Assembly: GCA_947307175.1 (NCBI GenBank)
Contig: CAMZIK010000001.1
Coordinates: 21,220-85,219, forward strand
Direction: 5' to 3'
Length of the DNA: 64,000 bases
From: an uncultured Clostridia bacterium
GTDB lineage: Bacteria; Bacillota; Clostridia; Oscillospirales; Ruminococcaceae
Part shown: piece after piece, positions 8,693 to 18,935 of the stretch
Layout of the letters: every line of letters begins with the position of its first letter
Position numbering within the stretch: position 1 is the stretch's first letter
Notes under the pieces: generated by a model
Databases searched by the model: none
What the model saw: the letters and a program-made list of their open reading frames with translations, nothing else
What the model was told of the DNA's origin: nothing
Program-made: the position numbers and the translations under genes

Positions 8693-9766
8693 ATGTCACT
8701 CAAGGAAATAGCGCAGATGACAGGGGTTTCCGTGTCAACGGTCGGAAGGATACTCAACGATCCCAAGCACAAATGCTCAAGTGATGATGTCCGCAGAAAA
8801 GTGCTTGAAGCGGCACGGCAGATAAACTATATACCCAATGCAAATGCACGCAATCTGAAATCAGGCGGCAGCAGAGGCGATGAGATATTCAGTATAAACA
8901 TTCTGCTCACAAGGTTTGCAAACGAGGCTGCCGACCCGTTCTACGATGAACTGCTCATGATGCTTGAAAAGGAGCTTCGTAACAGCGGCTGCATTATCGG
9001 TCATGTCTGGCACAGTGCAGAGTTTTCAGAGGAAAGACCCGGCAGAGCCGATAAGCTCGATGAGCTGATAGATGAGCTGTATAATGAAAAAGAGCATAGA
9101 TCTGACGGCCTTATAATCATAGGCAAGGTCACACGCAGAGCGCTGCGCAGGCTGAAGCTAAAAGAGAAAAACATCGTTTCTATTAACCGTAACTCTACAA
9201 ATTACGAGGTCGATGAGGTGCTTTGTGACGGAAGCAGGATCGCACACGATGCGGTCGCTTATCTTGCACGCCTGGGGCATACGAAGATAGGCTATGTCGG
9301 CGACTGCCACAATGAGTCACGCTTTACAGGCTATCAGGCAGCACTCGCAGACCTGCATTTAGTACCCGATCTCGATTATGTTTTCGATACAAAGCCCAAC
9401 GAGACAAACGGACTTATCGCAAGCGAGTATTTCAAAGGGCTTGCCGATCCGCCGACAGGCATATATTGTGCAAACGACATTCTTGCTATCGGCATGATAA
9501 AAGGATACAGCAAGCGCAGGCAAAAGGGGATCATGCCGTCTATAATTTCGAGTGATGATATCGACGCAGGACAGTATACAAAACCTATGCTGACAACGAT
9601 CTCACTTCCAAAGGCGGATATGGTCAGATTTGCGCTGATGCTGCTTCTGGACAGGATAAAGGGCGGTCACAAGATAGTATCACGGCTTGAGCTTGAAGGG
9701 ACGCTTATCATTCGTGAAAGCTGCCGCAATTACGGCGAAATGACCGAGCCTGAATACTACATCTGA
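8693..9766 (+). CDS. LacI/GalR-family transcriptional regulator
   Basis: HTH MSLKEIAQMTGVSVSTVGRILN, hinge YIPNANARNL, periplasmic-binding-fold core, IRESC. Ends PEYYI. ATG 8693 follows GGAGG. Confidence 0.93.
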   Translation: MSLKEIAQMTGVSVSTVGRILNDPKHKCSSDDVRRKVLEAARQINYIPNANARNLKSGGSRGDEIFSINILLTRFANEAADPFYDELLMMLEKELRNSGCIIGHVWHSAEFSEERPGRADKLDELIDELYNEKEHRSDGLIIIGKVTRRALRRLKLKEKNIVSINRNSTNYEVDEVLCDGSRIAHDAVAYLARLGHTKIGYVGDCHNESRFTGYQAALADLHLVPDLDYVFDTKPNETNGLIASEYFKGLADPPTGIYCANDILAIGMIKGYSKRRQKGIMPSIISSDDIDAGQYTKPMLTTISLPKADMVRFALMLLLDRIKGGHKIVSRLELEGTLIIRESCRNYGEMTEPEYYI

Positions 9767-9793
9767 CGAATTTTTATTGAATATGATATACTC

Positions 9794-10002
9794 GTGATAA
9801 CGATGTCATATCAAGGCATCAAGCACCTTATACGGCGCATTGCAGAATAGCTGGAACGGCCGTATATAAGACGTGACAACGTTATCACAAACCAAACGCT
9901 TTTAACTTATAATTTACATATGGGTTACTTTTTCTTCGTATGATCGCCCCTGATAACGCTGCAAACGGAAAGGTAATGCACATGCCGTGATAACGTTATC
10001 AC
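9794..10002. promoter_or_regulatory. Three LacI-type operators upstream of the mccB-mccA-nif-like operon
   Basis: 9794-9809 GTGATAACGATGTCAT, 9873-9888 GTGACAACGTTATCAC, 9987-10002 perfect palindrome GTGATAACGTTATCAC. A half-site TGATAACG lies at 9951. Confidence 0.85.
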
Positions 10003-10011
10003 ATATTGAGA

Positions 10012-10040
10012 TTGACTTGTACGAAGTTTTTGTTTATGAT
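10012..10040 (+). promoter_or_regulatory. sigma70 promoter of the mccB operon
   Basis: TTGACT-17 nt-TATGAT. Confidence 0.75.
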
Positions 10041-10086
10041 AATATCATAGCAAGCCGATAGGTAATATAGGAAAGGAAAGATAAAT

Positions 10087-11247
10087 ATGAGTTACAAAAG
10101 CATAGACACAGCCCTGATACACGGAGGAATATCAATAGATGAGCGCACAGGCGCAGTTAATGTCCCTATCTACCAGACCTCTACATTCAAGCAGGACGGT
10201 CTCGGAAAGATGAGAGGCTATGAATATTCCAGAACAGGCAACCCTACCCGTGAGGCGCTTGAGGCGCTTATCGCAGAGCTTGAAGGAGGCTATGCAGGAT
10301 TTGCCTTCGCAAGCGGTCTTGCAGCGGAAACAGCAGTCCTCAGCCTGCTTCATTCGGGCGACAGAGTGCTTATCTCGTCGAATGTCTACGGCGGAACGTT
10401 CAGATTGCTCAACAATGTCTTTGACCATTTTAATATAAACTATACTATCTCCGATACCGAGAACCCGGAAGCGTTTGAAAAGGACATCACACCTGATGTC
10501 AAGGCGGTGCTTCTTGAAAGCCCTGCAAACCCGCTGATGACTGTTACCGACATCAGAAAGATCGCCGAGATAGCCCACGCACACGACCTTCTCGTTATTG
10601 TGGACAACACATTCATGACACCTTATCTGCAAAGACCGATAGAACTTGGCGCAGACATCGTTGTCCACAGCGCAACTAAATATCTTGGCGGACACAGCGA
10701 TGTAGTTGCAGGTCTTGCAGTAACAAAGACCAGAGAGCTTGCCGAAAAGATAGCGTTCATTCAGAACTCCACAGGCGGCGTGCTCCCTCCGTTTGACAGC
10801 TTCCTGCTCATAAGAGGAATAAAGACGCTCGGCGTAAGACTTGACAGACACGTTTCAAACGCTCAGGCAGCCGCAAAGTTCCTCTCCGAACACAGCGCAG
10901 TCAAGAGCGTGCATTATCCAGGACTTCCGACAGACAAGGGATATGAAGTCAACAGACAGCAGGCAAAGAACGGCGGCGTGATGATCTCCTTTGAGCTTAA
11001 AGACGGCTATGATATAGAAAAGTTCTTTGAAAGTCTCCAGCTTGTAACGCTTGCCGAGAGCCTCGGCGGAGTAGAGTCGCTCGTGTGCCACCCTTCTACA
11101 ATGACCCACGCATCTATCCCCGAGGAGATACGCAAAAAAGTCGGCATAACCGACGGACTGATAAGACTTTCGATAGGCATCGAAGACATCGATGATATTC
11201 TTACCGACATCGAGCAGGCTATAAACAATAGTAAGACGGAGAGGTAA
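10087..11247 (+). CDS. mccB: Cystathionine gamma-lyase (MccB/YrhB-like)
   Basis: YEYSRTGNPTR, VVHSATKYLGGHSD and AESLGGVESL motifs; adjacent to an MccA-like gene. Confidence 0.8.
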   Translation: MSYKSIDTALIHGGISIDERTGAVNVPIYQTSTFKQDGLGKMRGYEYSRTGNPTREALEALIAELEGGYAGFAFASGLAAETAVLSLLHSGDRVLISSNVYGGTFRLLNNVFDHFNINYTISDTENPEAFEKDITPDVKAVLLESPANPLMTVTDIRKIAEIAHAHDLLVIVDNTFMTPYLQRPIELGADIVVHSATKYLGGHSDVVAGLAVTKTRELAEKIAFIQNSTGGVLPPFDSFLLIRGIKTLGVRLDRHVSNAQAAAKFLSEHSAVKSVHYPGLPTDKGYEVNRQQAKNGGVMISFELKDGYDIEKFFESLQLVTLAESLGGVESLVCHPSTMTHASIPEEIRKKVGITDGLIRLSIGIEDIDDILTDIEQAINNSKTER

Positions 11248-11252
11248 TTAAA

Positions 11253-12158
11253 ATGCTTTATGAGAATATGCATAAGCTCATCGGCAATACGCCGCTGGTC
11301 GAGCTGGTAAATATGGGGGTCTCCCCCAATGTACACATCTTTGCAAAACTTGAAATGTATAACCCTTCGGGCAGCGTCAAGGACCGCATAGGCGAGTATA
11401 TGATAGCAGCCGCAGAGAAAGAGGGAAGACTTAAAAAAGGCGGTACGATAATCGAAGCTACCGCAGGCAATACGGGACTTGGCATCGCATTTGCGGCGCT
11501 GGGAAAATACAGAGTCATTTTTACAGTCCCGACTAAATTCTCCGCAGAAAAGCAGTCTCTTATGCGTGCGCTGGGTGCAGAGGTAATAAACACTCCGAGA
11601 GCAGAAGGAATGCTCGGCGCAGTAAGAAAAGCAGAAGAGCTGAAAGCACAGATACCCGGTTCTATTTCGCTGGAGCAGTTCAAGAACCCAAACAACCCGC
11701 TTGCTCATTATGAAACAACAGGCAGGGAGATCTGGGAGGATATCGGCGGAAAGGTGACACACCTTGTAGCAGGCGCAGGCAGCGGCGGAACATATACTGG
11801 CATCGTAAAGTATCTCAAAGAGCAGGATCCCAATGTTCAGGGCGTGCTTGCAGACCCAGAAGGCTCAACTATCGGCGGCGGAGAGCATTTTGATTACAAC
11901 ATTGAAGGCATAGGAAATGATTTTATACCCGATACAATGGATATAGGTCTTGTCGATAAGGTCGTCAAGGTAAACGATGATGAGGCATTCTCAACAGTTC
12001 GTGACCTTGCAAGGAACGAAGGCATCATCGCAGGCTCGTCATCGGGCGCAGCGATGGCAGCAGCCCTGAAGCTTGCAAAGACTCTCGACAGCGGAAACAT
12101 AGTAGTTGTGTTCCCCGACAGAGGAGACAGATATTTTAGTACGGGACTTTTTGGATAA
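11253..12158 (+). CDS. mccA: O-acetylserine-dependent cystathionine beta-synthase (MccA/YrhA-like, CysK/CysM family)
   Basis: SGSVKDR, EATAGNTG (not TSGNT), GAGSGGT and IEGIGNDF (not IQGIGAG) are characteristic of the MccA branch. Confidence 0.78.
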   Translation: MLYENMHKLIGNTPLVELVNMGVSPNVHIFAKLEMYNPSGSVKDRIGEYMIAAAEKEGRLKKGGTIIEATAGNTGLGIAFAALGKYRVIFTVPTKFSAEKQSLMRALGAEVINTPRAEGMLGAVRKAEELKAQIPGSISLEQFKNPNNPLAHYETTGREIWEDIGGKVTHLVAGAGSGGTYTGIVKYLKEQDPNVQGVLADPEGSTIGGGEHFDYNIEGIGNDFIPDTMDIGLVDKVVKVNDDEAFSTVRDLARNEGIIAGSSSGAAMAAALKLAKTLDSGNIVVVFPDRGDRYFSTGLFG

Positions 12159-12167
12159 GGTGATATA

Positions 12168-12539
12168 GTGAAATATCTGATAGCATTTGCAAGCTCCGAC
12201 GGAGCAAACATCGACAGGCATTTCGGAGCTGCCGAAAGATTTTATATAGCGCAGCTCGATACCGAAAAAGAGGATTGCGACATAACGGGATACCGTGATG
12301 TTACGCCTGCCTGCAGCGGCGGCGGACACGAGCTTTCCGCATTTGATGCGATACTCAATACACTTGCCGGAGTGTCTGCGATAGTTGCACAGCGTGTCGG
12401 TTACGGTGCACAGGACTTCATTTCGCAAAAAGGTATCGCCGTGTACCAGATGCCGCTTCAGATAGAGCAGGCGATATGTCTGCTCATGGAAGAAAAACAA
12501 TGGGAGGTTGACAAATGGCTATCTCATACGAAGAGCTGA
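12168..12539 (+). CDS. NifX/NifB-C-terminal-like (FeMo-cofactor biosynthesis family) protein
   Basis: IAFASSDG..IDRHFGAAERF and AQRVGYGA motifs. Confidence 0.85.
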   Translation: MKYLIAFASSDGANIDRHFGAAERFYIAQLDTEKEDCDITGYRDVTPACSGGGHELSAFDAILNTLAGVSAIVAQRVGYGAQDFISQKGIAVYQMPLQIEQAICLLMEEKQWEVDKWLSHTKS

Positions 12540-13396
12540 CGACAAAGCACCCATGCTTTGCACGAGGCGAACAAAGCAACAACGGACGAATACATCTACC
12601 AATAAGTCCGAGCTGTAATATCGAGTGTAAATTCTGCGAGCGCAGTTTTAACAGCTATGAGGTAAGACCGGGCGTGAGCCGCACGGTCATCACACCGCAG
12701 GAAGCGATAGATGCGATACGCAGAGCGCTGGAATTCTGTCCCGACATCAAAGTCGCAGGAATAGCAGGACCGGGAGATACACTTGCAAGCCCTTTCGCAC
12801 TTGAAACGTTCAGGCTTATCAAAAAAGAGTTCCCGAACCTCGTTAAGTGCATGAGCACAAACGGGCTTCTGCTTGCCGAAAAGGCGCAGGAGGTAATAGA
12901 TGTAGGCATCGACTCGCTGACCGTTACCGTCAATGCGGTAGACCCTGAGATCGAAGCACAGCTCAATGATGGTATCTACTGGCATGGAGAGCATATCACA
13001 GGAGTCGAAGCTGCAAAGATACTTATAGAGCAGCAGCTCAAAGGCATAAAGCTCGTCAGCGATGCAGGCATAACACTGAAAGTAAATACCGTGCTTGTAC
13101 CCGACATCAATGCAGACCATATCGAAACGATAGCAAAAACAGTTGCCGAAGCAGGAGCGAGCATCTATAACATCATTCCGCTTATCCCTCAGCACAAGCT
13201 CAAAGACAGCAGAGAGCCTGACTGTATGGAGCGTGAAAGAGCAATACTAAAAGCTTCAAAATACATAGATGTTTTCAGGCATTGTCAGAGATGCCGTGCC
13301 GACGCAGTCGGGATACCAGGCGGAGAAGATTTCGGCGACAGGATATATCTTGACCTGCAAAGGCTTTCAAGAAAAGATACATTTTCACACGGTTAA
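12515..13396 (+). CDS. nifB: NifB-type radical SAM protein (MarB-like; no fused NifX domain)
   Basis: HPC, CNIECKFC (CxxxCxxC), EVRP, AGPGD, TNG and CQRCRADAVG are all NifB motifs. Confidence 0.9.
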   Translation: MAISYEELTTKHPCFARGEQSNNGRIHLPISPSCNIECKFCERSFNSYEVRPGVSRTVITPQEAIDAIRRALEFCPDIKVAGIAGPGDTLASPFALETFRLIKKEFPNLVKCMSTNGLLLAEKAQEVIDVGIDSLTVTVNAVDPEIEAQLNDGIYWHGEHITGVEAAKILIEQQLKGIKLVSDAGITLKVNTVLVPDINADHIETIAKTVAEAGASIYNIIPLIPQHKLKDSREPDCMERERAILKASKYIDVFRHCQRCRADAVGIPGGEDFGDRIYLDLQRLSRKDTFSHG

Positions 13397-13413
13397 TAAA
13401 TTTATGGAGGTAA

Positions 13414-14277
<864 letters not shown>

Positions 14278-14294
14278 TAGTAGGAGAGTGCTTT

Positions 14295-15761
14295 ATGAGT
14301 AAAGTCAATTTGGATATACCTGAGGTCGAGATACGTGAGATACGTCTTGGCTCGATAACTGGCTTTCAGGGCACAGCAAAGGAGCTTGTTTCCGCTTGCT
14401 CCGGCTGCGGAAAGCTGAAAGACAAGAACCGTTCGTTCAGCCAGTGCCTCGGCTGCGGAACGTCAAACGCAGCTTGTACCCTGACGCTTATTCAGGACGC
14501 AGCGATAATCTCGCACGGTCCTGTCGGATGTTCGACCTGCCTGCATGAGTTTGCATTCACATACCGTGTAAATGCTTATCTGCGTCAGCTCGACCACCCC
14601 ACCCAGAGAAAGATATTTTCTACCAACCTTGAAGAAAAGGATACCATCTACGGCGGCGCAAAGAAGCTTGAATCCGCTATCCGTGAAGTGTTCAAGCGTG
14701 CAAAGCCAAAGGCTATCTTTGTCATCACCACCTGTGCAGCAGGCATCATCGGTGACGACGTTGAAAGCGTTACCAACGCCGCACAGAAAGAGCTTGGCAT
14801 ACCCGTCGTTGCAGTTTTCTGTGAGGGCTTCCGTTCAAAGATGTGGACATCTGGATTTGATGCAGGCTACCACGGCATCGCAAGAAAGATAATCAAGCCC
14901 GCAAGACAGAAAAGAAACATCATCAATGTCATCAACTTCTGGGGCAGCGACATTTTCCGTGAATGGTTCGCAGAATTCGGCTATGAGCCTAACTATATCA
15001 CCCCGTTTTCTACTGTTGACAGCCTGAGCTATTCCAGCGAAGCTGCACTTACCGTACAGGCTTGTTCGACTCTGGGCAGCTACCTCGGCGCAGCGCTGGA
15101 GCAGAACTTCGGCGTTCCTGAGATAAGAAATTCACCGCCGTACGGTATCGCCCAGACAGACCGCTGGTTCAGAGAGCTTGGTCAGATACTGGGCAAGGAA
15201 AAAGAGGTCGAGGAATTCCTCGCACGCAAGAAAGAGGAGTACCTGCCTAAGATAGAAGCCCTTCGTGAAAAGCTCAAAGGCAAGACTGCATACGTTACCG
15301 CAGGTGCATCTCACGGTCACTCGCTGCTTGCACTTTTGAAAGAGCTTGGCATGGATCCGCAGGGCGCAGCTATCTTCCACCACGATCCTCAGTACGACAA
15401 CGAGGACGAAAGGGCTGATACACTCAAACATACCGTTGAGGATTACGGCGATGTTCCGAATTACAACGTCTGCAACAAGCAGGAGTTTGAGCTTGTAAAT
15501 GTGCTCAACCGCATCAAGCCAGATATTTTGCTCGCAAGACACGGCGGCATGACCCTCTGGGGCGCAAAGCTCGGTATCCCGTCTCTGCTTGTCGGCGATG
15601 AGCATTTCGGAATGGGCTATGAGGGACTTGTAAACTACGGCGAGCGCATACTTGAAACTATCGAGAACGATGAGTTCGTAAAGAACCTTGCAAAGCACTC
15701 GTCCAATCCGTATACAAAGTGGTGGCTTGAGCAGGAGCCGTACACATTCTTGGGAAAGTAA
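14295..15761 (+). CDS. Group-IV nitrogenase-like alpha subunit (MarD-like)
   Basis: P-cluster Cys motifs LGC, HGPVGC and TTCAAGIIGDD; cofactor Cys in VQACSTLG; His in GDEH. The NifD Q191/H195 positions read W/F (CEGFRSKMWTSGF), by manual alignment. Confidence 0.85.
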   Translation: MSKVNLDIPEVEIREIRLGSITGFQGTAKELVSACSGCGKLKDKNRSFSQCLGCGTSNAACTLTLIQDAAIISHGPVGCSTCLHEFAFTYRVNAYLRQLDHPTQRKIFSTNLEEKDTIYGGAKKLESAIREVFKRAKPKAIFVITTCAAGIIGDDVESVTNAAQKELGIPVVAVFCEGFRSKMWTSGFDAGYHGIARKIIKPARQKRNIINVINFWGSDIFREWFAEFGYEPNYITPFSTVDSLSYSSEAALTVQACSTLGSYLGAALEQNFGVPEIRNSPPYGIAQTDRWFRELGQILGKEKEVEEFLARKKEEYLPKIEALREKLKGKTAYVTAGASHGHSLLALLKELGMDPQGAAIFHHDPQYDNEDERADTLKHTVEDYGDVPNYNVCNKQEFELVNVLNRIKPDILLARHGGMTLWGAKLGIPSLLVGDEHFGMGYEGLVNYGERILETIENDEFVKNLAKHSSNPYTKWWLEQEPYTFLGK

Positions 15762-15773
15762 AGGTGAATATAC

Positions 15774-17114
15774 ATGGCAGGATTGATTGAACAGGAGCGC
15801 TACACCTGCGCTATCGGCGCATTACAGACGGTAGTAGCGATACCCCGAGCAGTGCCGATACTCCATTCGGGACCGGGCTGCGGAGTTATGATAAAGGGCT
15901 TTTTCGAACGTTCGGCAGGCTATGCCGGCGGCGAGACTGCTCCTTGTACCAATTTCAGCGAGAAAGAGGTCGTTTTCGGCGGCACAGACAGACTTCGCAA
16001 CATAATCAAAAATACATATAAAGTCCTTGATACCGACCTTCAGGTCGTTGTAACAGGCTGTACCGCAGGCATCGTCGGAGACGACGTTGCAAGCGTGACC
16101 GATGAATTTCTCTATGAGGAAGACAGACCTATCGTCCACGTTGAAACATCAGGCTTCAAGTCCAACAACTACGTTTCACATTCAGCTGTCGTCAATGCAA
16201 TAATCGACCAGTATGTCAGCAGATTTGAACAGGAAAACCCATCACGCAGCGAGAAGAATCTCGTCAACGTCATCGCATCTATACCTTATCAGGATCAGTT
16301 CTGGAAGGGCAATTTAAAAGAATACAAAAGACTTCTTGAAGGACTCGGCTTGAAGGTCAACATTCTTTTCGGTCCTCATTCGGGAGGCGTAAAGGAATGG
16401 CAGACGATACCCAAGGCGAATTTCAACGTGTTTGTTTCGCCATGGTACGGCGAGCCTATCGTTAAGAATCTCCAGCGCCGCTACGGTCAGCCGTATTACA
16501 AGTTCGGCTATCTGCCGATAGGTGCGAATGAGACTACAAAGTTCCTTAACGGTGTCGTTGATTTCGCACTCGAACAGGGCGCAGAGATAGACGAGAAAAA
16601 AGCAAGAGCATTCATCGCCGAGGAAGAAAAGGCGTACTATGAGGAGCTTGATAACCTTGCAACATTCCTCCTGGAGTTCCGCTACGGTCTTCCGAGCTAT
16701 GTTCATATCCTGCACGATGCAGGCTACGTCACAGGACTGACAAAGTTCCTGCTGCACGAGACAGGTCTTGTTCCCAAGGAGCAGTTCATTGTTGACAATA
16801 TTCCAGCCAAGTATCAGGCGCAGGTCGCAGCTGATATAAAGGAAACATCAGACAAGCGTGAGATACCCGTTTACTTTGATCCCGACGCAGGCGCAATGCA
16901 GGACATCATCAGAGGTCTCAAGCATAAAGGCAGAGGTCTTATCCTTGGCAGCGGCTGGGACAAGGAGCTTGCCGCAGAGATCAATGCAGACTTCCTTTCG
17001 ATAGCCTGCCCGACGCCTTACCGCATCGTTCTTACGACCAATTATGTCGGCTACACAGGCGGTCTTAGAGTTATCGAGGACATCTACAATACCGCACTTG
17101 CAACATATAAGTAA
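15774..17114 (+). CDS. Group-IV nitrogenase-like beta subunit (MarK-like)
   Basis: YTCAIGA, HSGPGC and TGCTAGIVGDD give three P-cluster Cys; C-terminal YVGYTGGL. Confidence 0.85.
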   Translation: MAGLIEQERYTCAIGALQTVVAIPRAVPILHSGPGCGVMIKGFFERSAGYAGGETAPCTNFSEKEVVFGGTDRLRNIIKNTYKVLDTDLQVVVTGCTAGIVGDDVASVTDEFLYEEDRPIVHVETSGFKSNNYVSHSAVVNAIIDQYVSRFEQENPSRSEKNLVNVIASIPYQDQFWKGNLKEYKRLLEGLGLKVNILFGPHSGGVKEWQTIPKANFNVFVSPWYGEPIVKNLQRRYGQPYYKFGYLPIGANETTKFLNGVVDFALEQGAEIDEKKARAFIAEEEKAYYEELDNLATFLLEFRYGLPSYVHILHDAGYVTGLTKFLLHETGLVPKEQFIVDNIPAKYQAQVAADIKETSDKREIPVYFDPDAGAMQDIIRGLKHKGRGLILGSGWDKELAAEINADFLSIACPTPYRIVLTTNYVGYTGGLRVIEDIYNTALATYK

Positions 17115-17170
17115 AACAAAAAAGCTGCCGTTTTTCTGCGGCAGCTTATGCTTTAAAAGGAGATGATATT

Positions 17171-17503
17171 ATGCCGAAAGTAGCAGTTGCTACAAGTGAC
17201 GGGTTTGAGGTCAACGAGCATTTCGGTCACGCAAAGTTTTTCCGTGTCTACGAGCTTGGAGAAAGTGATTATACTTTTCTTGACGTCCGTGATGCAGTCG
17301 CAGTCTGCCAGCATAGCTTGGGTCATAACACGACCAGATTTGACAAGATAATCGAGCTGCTTTCCGATTGCGATGCCCTGCTCGTTCAGAAGATAGGGGA
17401 GGGCGCAGCCGCATATCTGATACAGAAAAATGTCAGAGTCTTTGAGGTCAGCGGCAGCATAGATGCAGTCCTGAAAAAGTTCATTGCAGACAAAATACTA
17501 TGA
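17171..17503 (+). CDS. Second NifX-like protein
   Basis: VAVATSDG..VNEHFGHAKFF and KIGEGA motifs. Confidence 0.85.
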   Translation: MPKVAVATSDGFEVNEHFGHAKFFRVYELGESDYTFLDVRDAVAVCQHSLGHNTTRFDKIIELLSDCDALLVQKIGEGAAAYLIQKNVRVFEVSGSIDAVLKKFIADKIL

Positions 17504-17546
17504 AAAAATAAGAGCGTTGTTCGTTTTGACAGCGCTCTTTTTTTAT
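17504..17546. terminator. Bidirectional terminator between convergent operons
   Basis: A-run, AAGAGCGTTGT...ACAGCGCTCTT, T-run. Confidence 0.75.
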
Positions 17547-18449
17547 TCAGAATTCATAAGGGGTGATCTGATATACGAAGTAATTCAGCCAGTTTGTAAA
17601 CAGCACATTTGATGCGCTCAGCCAGCGGCTCACAGGCTCTTTGTCGGGATCGTCATCAGGGAAGTAGTTCTTTGGTATCTGTGGAGAAAGCCCTTTGTCA
17701 GTATCACGGATATACTCCTCCGCAAGCCTGTACAGATCATATTCTGGGTGACCGTTGACAAATACGTTGCCTGAATCATCGACTACGATATAAACGCCAG
17801 TTTCATCTGAATCCGCAACTATGGTCAGTTTGTCATTGTTTATAATGTCCTCTTTATTTATGCCAGTATATCTTGAATGAGGAGCAAAAAAGTTTTTATC
17901 CAAGCCTCGCACAAGTTCGCTGCCGCTGTCGATAACAGTATGCTCAAATATACCCGAAAGCTTTTTGTCAAGCTCAAACTTCTGCACACCGTAATGGTAG
18001 TAAAGACCTGCCTGCGCAGCCCAGCACAGATAAAGAGTCGAGGTGACGTGCAGCCTGCTCCATTCAAAAATGGAGGATAGCTCGCCCCAGTAGTCAACGT
18101 CCTCATATTCCAGCTTTTCAACAGGCGCACCTGTGATTATAAGTCCGTCAAAGTATTGGTGCTCGATCTGATAAAACGGCTGGTAGTTATTGAGCAGATA
18201 TGATGCAGGTGTATTTTTGTATTGATGAGTCACGAGCCTGATAAACGTGACCTCTATCTGCAAAGGTGAATTTGAAAGCAGTCTTAAAAGCTGAAGCTCA
18301 GTGTTCTGCTTGTCGGGCATCAGATTCAGCACAGCTATCTTCAGCTGTCTTATGTCCTGATGCTGCGCACGTTCTTCCGTCATCGCAAATATATTCTCTT
18401 TTTGCAGTTTTTCTATGACCGGTAAGGTCTCTTTAAGTCGTAATGGCAT
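17547..18449 (-). CDS. metA: Homoserine O-acetyltransferase, MetA family
   Basis: LNLMP, DGLIITGAPVE (Glu here indicates acetyl-CoA preference), CWAAQA, PHSRY and GHPEY. Confidence 0.92.
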   Translation of the reverse strand: MPLRLKETLPVIEKLQKENIFAMTEERAQHQDIRQLKIAVLNLMPDKQNTELQLLRLLSNSPLQIEVTFIRLVTHQYKNTPASYLLNNYQPFYQIEHQYFDGLIITGAPVEKLEYEDVDYWGELSSIFEWSRLHVTSTLYLCWAAQAGLYYHYGVQKFELDKKLSGIFEHTVIDSGSELVRGLDKNFFAPHSRYTGINKEDIINNDKLTIVADSDETGVYIVVDDSGNVFVNGHPEYDLYRLAEEYIRDTDKGLSPQIPKNYFPDDDPDKEPVSRWLSASNVLFTNWLNYFVYQITPYEF

Positions 18450-18465
18450 CTGTCTTTCCTCCCGC

Positions 18466-18915
18466 CTAAATGTAGTACATATAATCCTTCTGCTTGCCTG
18501 AGCTTTCCTTGTAGTCTTTTATAAGGTCTTCAAGCGTCATATTCTCTGTGAAGCGGCGCATATAGCTGTTGAAGTTTGACCAAAGACAGTTATTGACCGA
18601 TGTTCGTATGTCTACTGCCTGCTGGTCATCTGCTTCATAAGTGTTTGCGAGAATATTATTGTCAAGAGCGTTGAGAATATCACAAAGCAGTATCCTGTTT
18701 GCAGGACGTGAGAGCTGGTATCCGCCGTGAATGCCTTTTTGTCCCTTGACAAACTTGCCCTGACGAAGACCGAGCAGTATCTGTTCAAGATACTTGTGAG
18801 AGATATTCTGCCTGTCAGCTATTTCAGATGAACGCACTACCTGTCCGTTCTCGGAATACAGCGCAATATCCGTAAGCACTACGATGCCCAGTTCGACCTT
18901 TGTTGTGATCTTCAT
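18466..18915 (-). CDS. Rrf2-family regulator, CymR-like (no Cys triad; C-terminus DYMYYI)
   Basis: SEIADRQNISHKYLEQILLGLR...KGIHGGYQL wHTH. The tail resembles the B. subtilis CymR C-terminus. Confidence 0.85.
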   Translation of the reverse strand: MKITTKVELGIVVLTDIALYSENGQVVRSSEIADRQNISHKYLEQILLGLRQGKFVKGQKGIHGGYQLSRPANRILLCDILNALDNNILANTYEADDQQAVDIRTSVNNCLWSNFNSYMRRFTENMTLEDLIKDYKESSGKQKDYMYYI

Positions 18916-18935
18916 TTTAAACTTCTCCCTTCGTC

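Noticed and set aside
11007-11762. 251-aa minus-strand ORF and other short overlapping ORFs in the track
   Set aside because: They overlap well-supported genes on the opposite strand or frame and lack recognisable motifs.
14295-17114. DPOR/COR (bch) or CfbCD-type reductase
   Set aside because: Both subunits keep P-cluster Cys triads, the alpha keeps cofactor Cys/His, NifB is present, and there are no tetrapyrrole genes.
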